From NCBI GenBank assembly GCA_017608305.1, contig JAFCGC010000003.1, forward strand, positions 1 to 59,906: 59,906 bases of DNA. The letters are read 5' to 3'. Shown here piece by piece: positions 18,112 to 29,007 of this stretch. Within the stretch, counting starts at the first letter, position 1, and every line of letters starts with the position of its first letter. The position numbers were made by a program, and so were the translations under genes. Under the pieces are notes generated by a model. That model was given only the letters and a program-made list of their open reading frames with translations, was not told the DNA's origin and did not search any database. This stretch comes from Candidatus Pacearchaeota archaeon. GTDB lineage: Archaea; Nanobdellota; Nanobdellia; Pacearchaeales; GW2011-AR1.

Positions 18112-21100
18112 TTAAATGCTTTCCTTTATTTTTATTATTTTCTCCTTTTTATCAACAATCATTCTACTTTTCAAGGCACTTCTTTTTAATTTTATTCTTC
18201 TATAAGAATAATAAGATATTCCTGTAAAAAAAGCAAAAACTGTTGCTATAGCAAGATACCTATATAATTTATTCTCAACTACTTCTCTTGTCAAACCCCT
18301 TGTTGGTTGCTCTATAGCTTCTCTACAAGCATTAATTGCCTCTTCTGCCTTTTGATTTGCCATCTCAGTATTTCCTTCTCTTGCATATTGTTTAGCCTCC
18401 TCAATAAGCTCTTTTAATTCTAAACACTCTGGATTTTCAACAATAAATTCCTCTATAAATAATAATTTTTCTTGTATTTTATCTCCTTCTTGAATTGTCA
18501 AATAAATTTTTCCCCAATCATGGTATTTTGGACTAGTCACACTAGCATTAATTGTTATTTCAAAGGTTCCAAGATCATCTGTATCTATATCTGCTGTTAA
18601 AGTCACAGCTTCTGAATTTCCAACTCCTAAACTAGAAAAATAAGTTTTATCAAATGAAAGGATAATATCATTCCTAAGTTCACCATCTTTAGCCACACTT
18701 CCTGATAAATTAATTCCAAAAAGACTAATCTTTCCATCATTTTGCAAAGTAATTGGCAATACTATCTGATCTTTTTTAAATGCTGAAACAGGATCAGGCA
18801 TAATTATTTTTAAAGACACTGGTTGAAGAGTTGTTCCTCCACCACCACTTGGAGTAACAGTAACAGTCTCAGGTTCTGTAAACTTAACTAAAAAATCATT
18901 ACTAGTAACACTTGTTAAGATTGAATTGTCTGACGAATTTATATCAGAAGCAGTTATATTTAACATTTCAGTAACAGCAATTATGGCAGATAAAGTCAAA
19001 AGCCAATCAGAAGAAACACTCGAAGTAATATCTGTAGGTGAAGAATTACTTGATATTGTAAAATTAACTGTTTGATTATATTTAGCATCTGTATAATCTA
19101 TATCTGAAAAATATTGAGTCAGATCTATTTCTATATCACTGTTATAAGTTGCTTGTTTGTATCCAATATACCCCCTAAATGCAACAGGAGAATTGTTATG
19201 AGTTATATTTGAATTCCAATTTATAGTATAATTAAAATCAGTTGCATTTGCAAGATCACTAGTAGCAGGATAAATTAATAAACTTAAATTCTCAAACAGA
19301 CCATAAGTCTCGTCAGTAAAATTAGGAGTAAAAGCCCAGGTTAAATTAGTATTATTTCCATAAGAACTCGCATTATACTTGTAAATCTCATTTAAATAAA
19401 ATGCATAAGTTAAATTATCATTTACAGAATGATTTGCTCTAAATATTAAACTAGAAGTTACATTTTCTTGCAGACTAAAATTATAAGTAGGTAAAGGAAA
19501 AGTTATGTTAGGAGTTCCATAAACCAAAACCCAAAAATCCTGAGAATCTATACTTCCATCAGTATCATTAACAGTTATATTTATATTATATTTTCCTGCC
19601 TGCGTATCATTAAAAGTAATATCTAATTCTCCTGAAGTTGTATTAAAAATAGACTCATTATTTCCTATAAAATCAGTTCCACTAAGAAAAGCATAATCAT
19701 AGGTTAAATTTCCAGAACTATCATCTCCATCTTCTGTATCTGAAGCATTAATATTATAATAAAGAGTCCTATTTACTCCAGAAGATTGATTTGTTAAATT
19801 CATTAAAACAGGATTATGGCTTATTTCAATAATAGTAAGATTAAAAGATAAAAACACAGAAGCATTAGAGATATCTGTAACATTTATACTAACATTATAA
19901 CCTCCTATATCTGATTTTCCAGGAGTAAATGAGGCAGTATATCGAGTTCTATTAGCCCCAGGAGTAGGAAAATTACCATCTTTAGTAAAACTAAACAAAC
20001 TTGAATTAGGACCCTCAATAGTCAAATTAACTGTCAAAGTCTCATTATAATAACTCTTTTGACTTGCATTCACTTTCAAATCTTCATCTTGAACCCAAAG
20101 AGTAATAATGGTGTAATTATCTTCTGCAGTAGTTATATTTGAATTAGACTCTACAGTAGCATTAACATTCACACTAAGCGGCGTTTCCATCATGGGTTCT
20201 GTATTTATATTTGAAACATTAAATATAAACAAAGTTGTGTTTTCAAGTCCTAGAGAATCATTAGCAGTAACACTAAATTCCCAATAACCTATATCTAGTT
20301 TCCAAGGAGTAAAATCCACCATCCCACCTGAACTTAAATTAAATCCAGGAAATGCTGTTGATGAAGTAAAAGTGAGAACATCCCCAATATCAGTAACATA
20401 CAAATCCCCTGTTAAATTAATTGGGCCAAATTGATCAGTAGTTGCAAGAGTAGAATTAACAGTTAAATCAAAACTATAATTTGTTTGATTCCAAGTAGGA
20501 AATGTATTTGATGAAATAGTTAAATTAAATATAATTGAATAAAAAGCATTCTCACTGTCATTCACAGATAAGTTAACAGTATAATCTCCCACTTGAGTCT
20601 CATTTGGAGTAAATCTTATCTCAGCTGTTGTTTGGTTTGTGGGCACAGTAACATTCAAAACAGGCATACTCAAAATAGTTACTGTAAAATTATCAATAGT
20701 CAAAGCTTGACTTAAATCAGATTGATTAAACAAAGTTGCATTAAAAGTAATTGTTTCATTATATCCTCCAGAAACATCATTTTTATCTGGGATTAATAAA
20801 TCATTATCATAAACAGACAAACTAATTGTTCTTTCTAAATCCATAGAAGTTTGAACATTAGCCACATCAGTGATTTCAGGAGCATCATTAAGCGAACTAT
20901 TTCTTTCAACATAAACAGGAATTTGAACTGTAATATTTTGTCCATAAGTATCATCAAAAACAGTGAAATTAATTGTCCAATTTCCAATCTCTGTTTTTTG
21001 AGGAGTCACATTTATCAAAATCTCTTTTGTAAAATTATCAGAAGTTGTTGTTGAATTAACAAGAAACCAACTCCTATTTAAAACCCCTCCTCCATAATTC

Positions 21101-22029
21101 CTTAAAAGAGCTATACTAGAAATATTCAGAGCATCTTCTTCGCCTTGGGTAGTTAGATTAATATAACAAAAATCTGCAACATTTTCTGTAAAAACTTTAT
21201 TTTCACAATCAGTTATGTTTGCATCTAAACTTGCAAAAACATTAAATCTAACAGCTACAGAATAGATCGTTGTCTGATTTTGTTCATAAGCTGCAGCATC
21301 ACAATAATTATGAGGGCAAGAATAATTTTCACCAAAGTCCATTACAGAAATATTTGCCCAATAAGTACCAACATCATCTTTTGTAGGGGTAAAATTCATA
21401 GCAGCTGAATCATTTGTAAGATCTGTTAGAGTCATGCCTAAAACAAATAAAGAACAATTCTCTCCATCATTTCTTTGAGACCAAGAAGCATGACTACAAT
21501 TATCTATAAAAAAACTTATATTAAAAGTTAAATTAAGATGAGATTCTTGATCTGTTGCATTTAAATAATCATAAAAACTTTGATTCTGAGTCAAATTAAA
21601 GACACTAGACATATTAACAAATTCAGGAGCATCATTTGTTGCATTAACCTCAAAGAAAAAAGTCTCAATATCTCCTGAACCAGTATCATTTTGCACACTC
21701 ATAGTAATATTAAATCTTCCTGTTTCATTATCTTTAGAAGAAGTAAAATTCATAAGTCCTAACACATCATCTGTCAAATTAATCCAATAAATATCACTTG
21801 CAGTATAAGTATCATCTTCAGACCAATTTATAGACAAAACAGTAAAAAGATGTGGAGGCTCAGAAGTTGATAAGTTTGCTGTAAAATTATGTTGATAATC
21901 AGTATCTTCAACCAAAAAATAAGGTCCTCTTGATCCAGTATCAAATTGAGGCTTAGCTAAAACAAATCCAAGTAAAAAGAGAATTGCAAAGATCCCAAGA
22001 TAAATTAAAATATTTTTTCTAGACTTCAT
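18112..22029 (-). CDS. large (1305 aa) surface protein with cadherin/Ig-like repeats and a C-terminal TM anchor
   Basis: Signal peptide. Repeat boundaries of NDAPEF / NDAPEI / NTEPM / SHNPV type. Dozens of N-x-S/T sequons. C-terminal TM followed by basic residues. Confidence 0.8.
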   Translation of the reverse strand: MKSRKNILIYLGIFAILFLLGFVLAKPQFDTGSRGPYFLVEDTDYQHNFTANLSTSEPPHLFTVLSINWSEDDTYTASDIYWINLTDDVLGLMNFTSSKDNETGRFNITMSVQNDTGSGDIETFFFEVNATNDAPEFVNMSSVFNLTQNQSFYDYLNATDQESHLNLTFNISFFIDNCSHASWSQRNDGENCSLFVLGMTLTDLTNDSAAMNFTPTKDDVGTYWANISVMDFGENYSCPHNYCDAAAYEQNQTTIYSVAVRFNVFASLDANITDCENKVFTENVADFCYINLTTQGEEDALNISSIALLRNYGGGVLNRSWFLVNSTTTSDNFTKEILINVTPQKTEIGNWTINFTVFDDTYGQNITVQIPVYVERNSSLNDAPEITDVANVQTSMDLERTISLSVYDNDLLIPDKNDVSGGYNETITFNATLFNQSDLSQALTIDNFTVTILSMPVLNVTVPTNQTTAEIRFTPNETQVGDYTVNLSVNDSENAFYSIIFNLTISSNTFPTWNQTNYSFDLTVNSTLATTDQFGPINLTGDLYVTDIGDVLTFTSSTAFPGFNLSSGGMVDFTPWKLDIGYWEFSVTANDSLGLENTTLFIFNVSNINTEPMMETPLSVNVNATVESNSNITTAEDNYTIITLWVQDEDLKVNASQKSYYNETLTVNLTIEGPNSSLFSFTKDGNFPTPGANRTRYTASFTPGKSDIGGYNVSINVTDISNASVFLSFNLTIIEISHNPVLMNLTNQSSGVNRTLYYNINASDTEDGDDSSGNLTYDYAFLSGTDFIGNNESIFNTTSGELDITFNDTQAGKYNINITVNDTDGSIDSQDFWVLVYGTPNITFPLPTYNFSLQENVTSSLIFRANHSVNDNLTYAFYLNEIYKYNASSYGNNTNLTWAFTPNFTDETYGLFENLSLLIYPATSDLANATDFNYTINWNSNITHNNSPVAFRGYIGYKQATYNSDIEIDLTQYFSDIDYTDAKYNQTVNFTISSNSSPTDITSSVSSDWLLTLSAIIAVTEMLNITASDINSSDNSILTSVTSNDFLVKFTEPETVTVTPSGGGGTTLQPVSLKIIMPDPVSAFKKDQIVLPITLQNDGKISLFGINLSGSVAKDGELRNDIILSFDKTYFSSLGVGNSEAVTLTADIDTDDLGTFEITINASVTSPKYHDWGKIYLTIQEGDKIQEKLLFIEEFIVENPECLELKELIEEAKQYAREGNTEMANQKAEEAINACREAIEQPTRGLTREVVENKLYRYLAIATVFAFFTGISYYSYRRIKLKRSALKSRMIVDKKEKIIKIKESI

Positions 22030-22205
22030 TTTAAAACCCCTTTTTTTAATTTTTTTAAAAAATCATAAACTGCAAGATCAATAAATTGTTTTTTATTAAC
22101 AAATTTCAACCTATTCTCTTCTTCTTGAATAAATTGATCTATTTTAGTTAACAAACTAGAATCAATCTTTACAACAGAATCTTTATTATTATTTCCCCTT
22201 TTCAT
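22026..22205 (-). CDS. small ribbon-helix-helix-like protein (not in ORF track, 59 aa)
   Basis: MKRGNNNKDSVVKIDSSLLTKIDQFIQEEENRLKFVNKKQFIDLAVYDFLKKLKKGVLK. The beta-strand plus two-helix pattern is as in CopG/RHH. Its stop overlaps the ATG of the 1305-aa gene (ATGA). Confidence 0.45.
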   Translation of the reverse strand: MKRGNNNKDSVVKIDSSLLTKIDQFIQEEENRLKFVNKKQFIDLAVYDFLKKLKKGVLK

Positions 22206-22308
22206 TTTATTTTTTACAATGAAAGCGTAGCAAATTTTATATTTACCCTTTTCATTGATTTTAGTTACTTTTTGTTACTATTAATTACTTAAGGTAACTT
22301 TTTAAATG

Positions 22309-24417
22309 TTACTGTGTGGGGAGAGTCCTGACTGGTTTTTGCGCCCTTCTAAACTTAAGAATTTTACGTATTTTACGAATAATTAGCATTATAATCACTA
22401 AAATCAGTATGGCTATGATAATCATAAAACCTGTTCTCTTAAAAAGAGGAGGAGCAGGAGGACATTTCCAAGGACAAGGACCTCCACAATCTATCCCTTC
22501 TTCACCTTGATTTTGAATTCCATCTGAACAAGTAGCACAAGCAGAACAAGGGCCTCCACAATCTATTAATAATTCACAAGATCCATGATGACAGTTTTTA
22601 ATTCCATCATCACAACGAGGATTTTCAGTATAATGGCAAAATTGAGTCTCATTTGGTTTCCAAAGAGTATTACTACAATTTTTAAGATCTGTACAAACTC
22701 TTATTTGAAACCCACAAGTTTTTTCATTAAGGCCTGATTGTTCACACTGTTCTTGAATAAATCTATAATCTTCTCCTGAAAGAACACCTTGTTTTAAAGA
22801 TGATTCTGCATGCTGACAAACTCTCCAATCAGCACAGCCCCATTCAGGAATACAACGAGGAGTTCCTCCGCCTCCGTCTCCGCCACTAGGAGAAGAAGGA
22901 CAAATCACACTCTCTATTTCAAAAGTCCAATTAAGAGAGTCATTTAATAAGCCATCTGTAACATCCACCTTAACAAAATGTTTTCCAGAAATTCCACAAC
23001 CAAAATTAAAAAAGAAATGATCAGTATTATTTATAGAATCCATCCCATTGTCATATTCTAAAAAAGTTTCATCAACATACCAATAAGCATCTGGAACAGT
23101 TCCATCAGGGTCATATTTAGTTATATTAAAATATAAATCATTTGAACCAGTTATATTTAAACTCAAATTTAAAGGATAATAATTTAAAATAGTTGGAGGA
23201 CGATTTCTATCTGTGATAGTTAAACTAAAATAATTACATTCTGTGATTATGCCCCCTGTTTGATTACATACTGATAAAAGATTAATATCTGGATTTAATA
23301 TTCCAGTATCATTTACACATAAACTCACATTATAAACTCCAAGAAGAGTGCTTGAGTTTGCAGTAAAATTCATTATTCCTGTCGAGCTCACATTAAAAAG
23401 ATTTATCTGGGTTGAATTAGGATCAATAATTGTTAAACTAAAATTCAAATTTCCAGAACTTGCATTTCCATCTTCTACATCATCTACTTGAGTTTCATGA
23501 TAAAAAGTCATATTATCACCCAAAATCCAAACTTCAAGAGTATGTGCAGTAATATTTTCTATAACAGGACGATTATTTATTTCTATCACAACTATGCTTG
23601 TGTTTGCAGTATCTATATGGGCAAAATTATCTCTAACAAAAATAGTTCGATTATGAGTTTGAGATCCTCCATCAATTCCTCCTGCATGAGTTTTATTTAA
23701 TCTCCCAGAAATGATAGTAGAACTAATATTAACCAAACCAAAAAAAGTTTCTCTACCAGACTCAATAAAAAAAGGATCTTGAGGAGTTATTCCTATTGTT
23801 AAATCATCCTCATCAGGATCTGTTGCATTAAAATCATAATTTAAAATATCTCTTTCACAAATATGAATTGTAGAATTAATTGGGCCTAAAATAGGTGCAG
23901 AATTATTAACATAAACAAAAAATACCACACTAGCATTGATTATCTCAAGAGGAAGGTCATCTGTGTCTGCATAAACAAGCAATAAATTATCCCATCTCAT
24001 AGGATTAAAAGTAGTATTCAAGGTTCCTGGAAAAGCAACATCTTCATCAATAGTGGTGTTGTGTCTTAGATCATATAAACTATATCTCCAATTAGAAGCA
24101 GGAAAATTAGCACTAACATTTAAATTAAGCAAGATTGGATCTCCAATCTCAAAATTATAAGTGGTGTTAAGAGGATGTGCTATATTTATTCTCGGAGGAT
24201 TAATTATATTAAATAAAGCCGACCCAATAGCTGAAGGAGAAGGCATGATACGTGAAGGAAACCCAAATAGAACAAAATAAGAAGTAATTAATGAAATAAG
24301 TATTAATAAACCAACTGCAATTAATAAAAATTTATTGTTTAATTTTTTCTTCCTCTTTTTCATTTTACCTCTTATTATGAAAAGCGTAGGAAGGTTTTTA
24401 TTCTTCCTCTTTTTCAT
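22309..24417 (-). CDS. surface protein (702 aa) with Ig/cadherin-like repeats, Cys-rich C-terminal modules and a TM anchor
   Basis: N-terminal TM. NNSAPIL / NNRPVI / RNRPPTI repeat boundaries. Duplicated CxDGIxN...DCGGPC module. C-terminal TM. The start could be the second MKKRKKK. Confidence 0.75.
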   Translation of the reverse strand: MKKRKNKNLPTLFIIRGKMKKRKKKLNNKFLLIAVGLLILISLITSYFVLFGFPSRIMPSPSAIGSALFNIINPPRINIAHPLNTTYNFEIGDPILLNLNVSANFPASNWRYSLYDLRHNTTIDEDVAFPGTLNTTFNPMRWDNLLLVYADTDDLPLEIINASVVFFVYVNNSAPILGPINSTIHICERDILNYDFNATDPDEDDLTIGITPQDPFFIESGRETFFGLVNISSTIISGRLNKTHAGGIDGGSQTHNRTIFVRDNFAHIDTANTSIVVIEINNRPVIENITAHTLEVWILGDNMTFYHETQVDDVEDGNASSGNLNFSLTIIDPNSTQINLFNVSSTGIMNFTANSSTLLGVYNVSLCVNDTGILNPDINLLSVCNQTGGIITECNYFSLTITDRNRPPTILNYYPLNLSLNITGSNDLYFNITKYDPDGTVPDAYWYVDETFLEYDNGMDSINNTDHFFFNFGCGISGKHFVKVDVTDGLLNDSLNWTFEIESVICPSSPSGGDGGGGTPRCIPEWGCADWRVCQHAESSLKQGVLSGEDYRFIQEQCEQSGLNEKTCGFQIRVCTDLKNCSNTLWKPNETQFCHYTENPRCDDGIKNCHHGSCELLIDCGGPCSACATCSDGIQNQGEEGIDCGGPCPWKCPPAPPLFKRTGFMIIIAILILVIIMLIIRKIRKILKFRRAQKPVRTLPTQ

Positions 24418-24454
24418 TTAATCCAAAACAAAATAGAATATAAAAACTTAACTT

Positions 24455-24889
24455 TTAATCAATATATCTTTTAAATTCAATACTTACTATTCCATTATAA
24501 TTTCCAAAAGGTTCATTTTTAAACATAACTGTATCTATAGAGATAGATTTTATTTCTCCTGGATCTAATTTAATCTCTTTTTCATACAAAAGAAAATCAG
24601 CTATGTCCCCTTTGACATTAATAATCGCCAGAACCGGAAAACTATAATTATTTACTAGATCTAAATCTCTGGTAGAATAAGAACCATAAGGAACTCTTCC
24701 AAAACCAAGAATACCTTGAGTAAGGTTAAAACCAGCACGCTCCCCAATAATTAAGGTTGTTGGAATCTCTTTTTTATCTAAAACAACATTTCCAGTCATA
24801 TTTACTCTAAGAGTAAGTAAAAATACCATAAGAGCAACTACAAAAAGGCAAATAACCAAAACATAAATTTTTTTATTTTGCATCTTCAA
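24455..24889 (-). CDS. signal-anchored small protein (hypothetical)
   Basis: 144 aa with an N-terminal TM segment. Confidence 0.5.
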   Translation of the reverse strand: MKMQNKKIYVLVICLFVVALMVFLLTLRVNMTGNVVLDKKEIPTTLIIGERAGFNLTQGILGFGRVPYGSYSTRDLDLVNNYSFPVLAIINVKGDIADFLLYEKEIKLDPGEIKSISIDTVMFKNEPFGNYNGIVSIEFKRYID

Positions 24890-24898
24890 ATTTAAAAA

Positions 24899-26041
24899 TT
24901 ATTTTTTCTTTTTAAATATATATTTTCTCAATAATATCAATACTATGACTAAAACAATGAGTCCTACAAGAATATAAACTACTATCATCATATTAAATGG
25001 TTTTTTAATAAATTCTATTTTAACTAATTCATTTGAGGTTCTTGATTTGTCTTTTCCATAATATGTTAAAGTTATATTTGCATCATAAAATCCTTCTGTA
25101 ATATTAGTTGCATCAAAATAACCTACAATAGTCTTTTTTTGCCAAGGAGTTAATTGTGTTGTGGTTGTTTCAAACCCAACAAGCTCATTTAAACCTCTCA
25201 AAATAGACACGTCTGCATAAAGTCCTTGTATAGGATCATTCCATCCACTCTCTAATTCAAGATTAAATCTAGAAATTTTATCAATAATAATTTTTTTAGA
25301 ATAATTTAAAATATCTATAGATAAATCTCCTATTTTAAAATCAGCTTCTCTAATAGAAGGTTTTGCTCCTCCATAATTAACTGTAGCTACTGCTTTATAT
25401 TCTCCAGCATTATAATTACTTGTATCAAGAAATTTTTTTAATTTAATTTTTTCTTGGCTTGCTAAATCTCTTTCTTGAAAAACAAGAGTTTCAAGAAGTT
25501 TTTGATCTGAAAAAATATCTATTTTGGGGTTGATTATTAAATCTTCATCTCCTCTACTTATAACTTCCAAATCAAATTTAATTGGTTCTCCAATATTTGC
25601 ATTACTAGAAATCAATTTAGTTTCTAAATATTTTCCAGGATATGGAACATGAATAACAATAATTGACTTAACTACAACAGAAACAGCAATCATAGTTGAA
25701 ATTTCTTTATCTACTTCTTCCCTAATTGCAACAAATATTTTATTTGGTCCTGGATTTTCTATGTGGTCTGGAAGCTCTATAATTGCTGAAAACTCTCCTG
25801 GACCTTTCATTGAATCCCTATCTAATTTAACATATTTAGATAAATCTCCTGACACATAAAGAGATAATTCTTTATCAGAATCAATACCAAGAACCCTATA
25901 ATTAATTATTTTTTCAAAACCTGGTTGAAAATTAAATTGTTTACTCGAAGGAGAAACTCCAAGACTAAAAACTCCCTCCATTAAAAATAAAAAAATAATA
26001 AATACTAAAAAAAAATTTATCACACTCTTTTTCTTGTTCAT
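24899..26041 (-). CDS. surface protein with N-terminal signal and C-terminal TM/KKKK anchor
   Basis: Paralogue of 27089..28480. Shared pieces include SLGVSP/ISITPG after the signal, HVPYPGKYLE / HVPYPDKYIE, and the anchor. Confidence 0.6.
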   Translation of the reverse strand: MNKKKSVINFFLVFIIFLFLMEGVFSLGVSPSSKQFNFQPGFEKIINYRVLGIDSDKELSLYVSGDLSKYVKLDRDSMKGPGEFSAIIELPDHIENPGPNKIFVAIREEVDKEISTMIAVSVVVKSIIVIHVPYPGKYLETKLISSNANIGEPIKFDLEVISRGDEDLIINPKIDIFSDQKLLETLVFQERDLASQEKIKLKKFLDTSNYNAGEYKAVATVNYGGAKPSIREADFKIGDLSIDILNYSKKIIIDKISRFNLELESGWNDPIQGLYADVSILRGLNELVGFETTTTQLTPWQKKTIVGYFDATNITEGFYDANITLTYYGKDKSRTSNELVKIEFIKKPFNMMIVVYILVGLIVLVIVLILLRKYIFKKKK

Positions 26042-26095
26042 AATAAAGAGAAAATAAAATAGTTTTTATATTTTACTAAAAAATTCACAGAACAA

Positions 26096-26815
26096 TTATA
26101 AGCTTTCTATTGCTGTAGCAGTAATTATTACATCTCTTTGTCCAGCTGGAGCAGATATAGGAACTAATAACTGAAAGTTAATTTCTATTGTGTCGTCTGT
26201 ATCTAGAGCAAGGAATTCATCACAAACAAAAAGACCATCTCCACCTACATCACACGGATCTCCACTCCTACACACATCTTCCCAACCAGACCAAAAAGCT
26301 TCATCTCCGCCTACATCATCAATATCTTTGTCTGTACAAGAAGCTGTTGTACCTAAATCCTCAAATTGCCAGTTAAAATCATGAGTTGCTGTGGCAATAC
26401 AATTAGCATCATCATCACAAATAAATGTATCTGCATTCTCAGTAGTATCAACATAAAGATCTACATTAACATTTCCATAATTCTCAAGCTCTAATCCTCC
26501 ATCCATACCCACATCTAAAGGACAATCAGGAGGAGTACAATCCCAGTTAGCATCATTATAAGGAGAAGTTACTGAATCTAAAGTAGCAGGGTCAGTATTA
26601 ACAGATCCTGTTCCCCAATCAAGTGCATCTTCACCAACAACAAATCTAATATGGACGGCAGATTCAATCTCCACATCAGCAGTTCCTGTATCAAACTCTG
26701 CATAACCAGTAATTGAATTTAAATCTCCAACTTTATTTATAGTAACTAGTAAATTAAATAATGCAAATGCTACTGCAACCACAGCAACAATTGTTAAAAG
26801 ATTTGAGGATTTCAT
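26096..26815 (-). CDS. secreted, very acidic protein
   Basis: N-terminal hydrophobic segment followed by ITGYAEFDTGT, which is weakly reminiscent of SipW/TasA-class signals. Asp-rich body with several Cys. Confidence 0.5.
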   Translation of the reverse strand: MKSSNLLTIVAVVAVAFALFNLLVTINKVGDLNSITGYAEFDTGTADVEIESAVHIRFVVGEDALDWGTGSVNTDPATLDSVTSPYNDANWDCTPPDCPLDVGMDGGLELENYGNVNVDLYVDTTENADTFICDDDANCIATATHDFNWQFEDLGTTASCTDKDIDDVGGDEAFWSGWEDVCRSGDPCDVGGDGLFVCDEFLALDTDDTIEINFQLLVPISAPAGQRDVIITATAIESL

Positions 26816-27009
26816 TAACCTGTTCCTCCAGCAGTGCTTTTTTCAATAGTAAATCCAACACTTGCACTTTGTGTTGGTTGGGATGGTTGTTGTGTCAATG
26901 CTCTTGCAAAGTTATCACTAAAATCTGTTATATTACTAACAATTGCTAATGATGTTACAGATAACACAATTGTAACAAGCAACAACACCACAATAAGTTT
27001 TTCGTTCAT
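26815..27009 (-). CDS. small signal-anchored protein (hypothetical)
   Basis: 64 aa with an N-terminal TM. Its stop abuts the next ATG. Confidence 0.4.
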   Translation of the reverse strand: MNEKLIVVLLLVTIVLSVTSLAIVSNITDFSDNFARALTQQPSQPTQSASVGFTIEKSTAGGTG

Positions 27010-27088
27010 TTTTATCCCCTTTTTTATTAAAGTATAAAATACAAAACCCTTTATAAACTTTTTGTTGATTCAAAATATCTTAACAAGT

Positions 27089-28480
27089 TCATCTTTTCTT
27101 CTTTTTCAAAAGCTTTTTCACGACGACAAACCAAATAATATTTGCAACAATTAAGAAGATTAATAAAATCAACAACAAATTATTCAAATTAAATTTAGTT
27201 CCTCTTTGAACAATTACTCTTCCTGTCACACCAAGAACTTCAATTTCATAATCGCTTATTTTTAATTGTATATTTCTATCTGTTGATTTATCTCCATATT
27301 TTAAAATTAATTTACCATCATAAGTTCCTTCATGCACCCCCACAGTATCCCAATAAGCAACCATCTCAGATTTACTCAAGGCATTAATATCATATGTAGG
27401 AGACTTAAAGTCTGCCATTGTTTCTCCTTCTTCATTATAAACTAAAATATTCAAATAAACATCTTTTAAATCATTTGACCATTTATTCTCGACAAGAGCA
27501 TTAAATTTAGCAATTTGTCCAAGTTCAAAATCTCTTACATGTATTTCTTTAATTTCTAAAATCATTTCTCCAACATTAAATTCTTTTTCAATTTTAGTCA
27601 CTTCATTATCATAAATAATTGTAATATCTGCTAAATATTTCCCAGGATTAACATCAGCTACCCAGTCTGCAACTAATTCTTTTCTTTCTAAACTATTCAA
27701 GGTTTCTGTATTTGAATCTATTGTTGCAACCTTCTCATTTAAAGAAGTATAAATATCAATTACTGCCCTAACATCTACAATATCTAATTTTCCTCTACTA
27801 ACAACAGGAATTAAAAACACAGTGTTTTCGTTTTGCCCAGCCTCTATAATATTAACATCTACTTCGATATATTTATCAGGATAAGGAACATGAACATAAA
27901 GTTGAGTAATAACTCCAACTGTCGCCCCAACAAAAGTTCCTTGCTCCTTAATGTCTTTTGGCATTTGTAAAGCTACAATTTCTGCTTCATGTAATCCTGG
28001 TTTTCCAAGTGTCGACGGAAGATTAAGAGTATAACTAAATGATTTAGATTCATCTGAACTTGAAAACTCTTCATATGTTTTAGTTAATGTAATATAATCT
28101 GCTAAATCTCCTCTAACAGTAAATACAACAGACATTTCTTTGTTCTCTGAATTAATAATCGAAAAAGGAATTTCTTGACTTAACCCAGGTTCAAAATTAA
28201 TTGTTGTCCTACCAGGAGTTATACTTATGGCTGAAATTAATTGAGAAGAAAATAAAATTATTAAAATTGCAGAGATTGCTAACATAATTAATCGGCTAAT
28301 ACACTTACAAGTATTGCTATTATCTAAAAATTTCTGGTTAATTAAATTACATCCAGGGAGGGGGGTTGGGGGTGTTTTGACTTTGACTAATTTTTTAGTA
28401 TCACTAACAAAGTCAGGACACGAGTGAATTTTGTGGGACTCTCCACCAATCAAACTCCTTTTAAATTCTTCCTTCATCAT
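27089..28480 (-). CDS. surface protein, paralogue of 24899..26041, with an about 60-aa N-terminal extension
   Basis: Shared motifs with the 380-aa paralogue and a C-terminal TM plus KKLLKKKKR. The start is uncertain: MLAISAILI is an alternative. Confidence 0.6.
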   Translation of the reverse strand: MMKEEFKRSLIGGESHKIHSCPDFVSDTKKLVKVKTPPTPLPGCNLINQKFLDNSNTCKCISRLIMLAISAILIILFSSQLISAISITPGRTTINFEPGLSQEIPFSIINSENKEMSVVFTVRGDLADYITLTKTYEEFSSSDESKSFSYTLNLPSTLGKPGLHEAEIVALQMPKDIKEQGTFVGATVGVITQLYVHVPYPDKYIEVDVNIIEAGQNENTVFLIPVVSRGKLDIVDVRAVIDIYTSLNEKVATIDSNTETLNSLERKELVADWVADVNPGKYLADITIIYDNEVTKIEKEFNVGEMILEIKEIHVRDFELGQIAKFNALVENKWSNDLKDVYLNILVYNEEGETMADFKSPTYDINALSKSEMVAYWDTVGVHEGTYDGKLILKYGDKSTDRNIQLKISDYEIEVLGVTGRVIVQRGTKFNLNNLLLILLIFLIVANIIWFVVVKKLLKKKKR

Positions 28481-28968
28481 TTCCTACCTCCCTCATATTT
28501 TGAATCATCCTTTTCAACCTCAACATATTCTCCTGCTTCTAAATCAAATTCCTCTTCCTCATTTTTAGTAACTTCTAAATCTACATTTCCTGAATTTTCT
28601 AATTCATAATTTTCTTTTCTTTCTCTCAAATCTAATCCCACAGAATCTTGAATTGAAAAGATCTTCACTTCACTCTCTCTTCCAAATCTTCCTCTAACTT
28701 TCCAATAATAATCTCCAGGAGGAAGAATCATGTCAGAACCTTCTTCTAGTGTGATAAAATTTTCAAAATTCTCATTTACAGAGAGTATTACTTTTTCTCC
28801 ATTTTCAATTTCAAAAACAAAATTCGGATTTTCAATAGTCATTCCATGTAAAGGATAAATCTGACTAGGCATAGTTGAAAATAATAAATAAATTAAAATT
28901 CCAACTACAAACACAGTTTCAACTATTAAAATTCTTTTTTCTATTTTTTTCCAATTTCTTTTTTTCAT
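28477..28968 (-). CDS. signal-anchored protein (hypothetical)
   Basis: 163 aa with an N-terminal TM. Its 3' end overlaps the downstream gene's start (ATGATGA). Confidence 0.5.
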   Translation of the reverse strand: MKKRNWKKIEKRILIVETVFVVGILIYLLFSTMPSQIYPLHGMTIENPNFVFEIENGEKVILSVNENFENFITLEEGSDMILPPGDYYWKVRGRFGRESEVKIFSIQDSVGLDLRERKENYELENSGNVDLEVTKNEEEEFDLEAGEYVEVEKDDSKYEGGRK

Positions 28969-29007
28969 TTTCTTTTCCTATTCTGGTTTTGTCTATGCGA
29001 GTAACTT

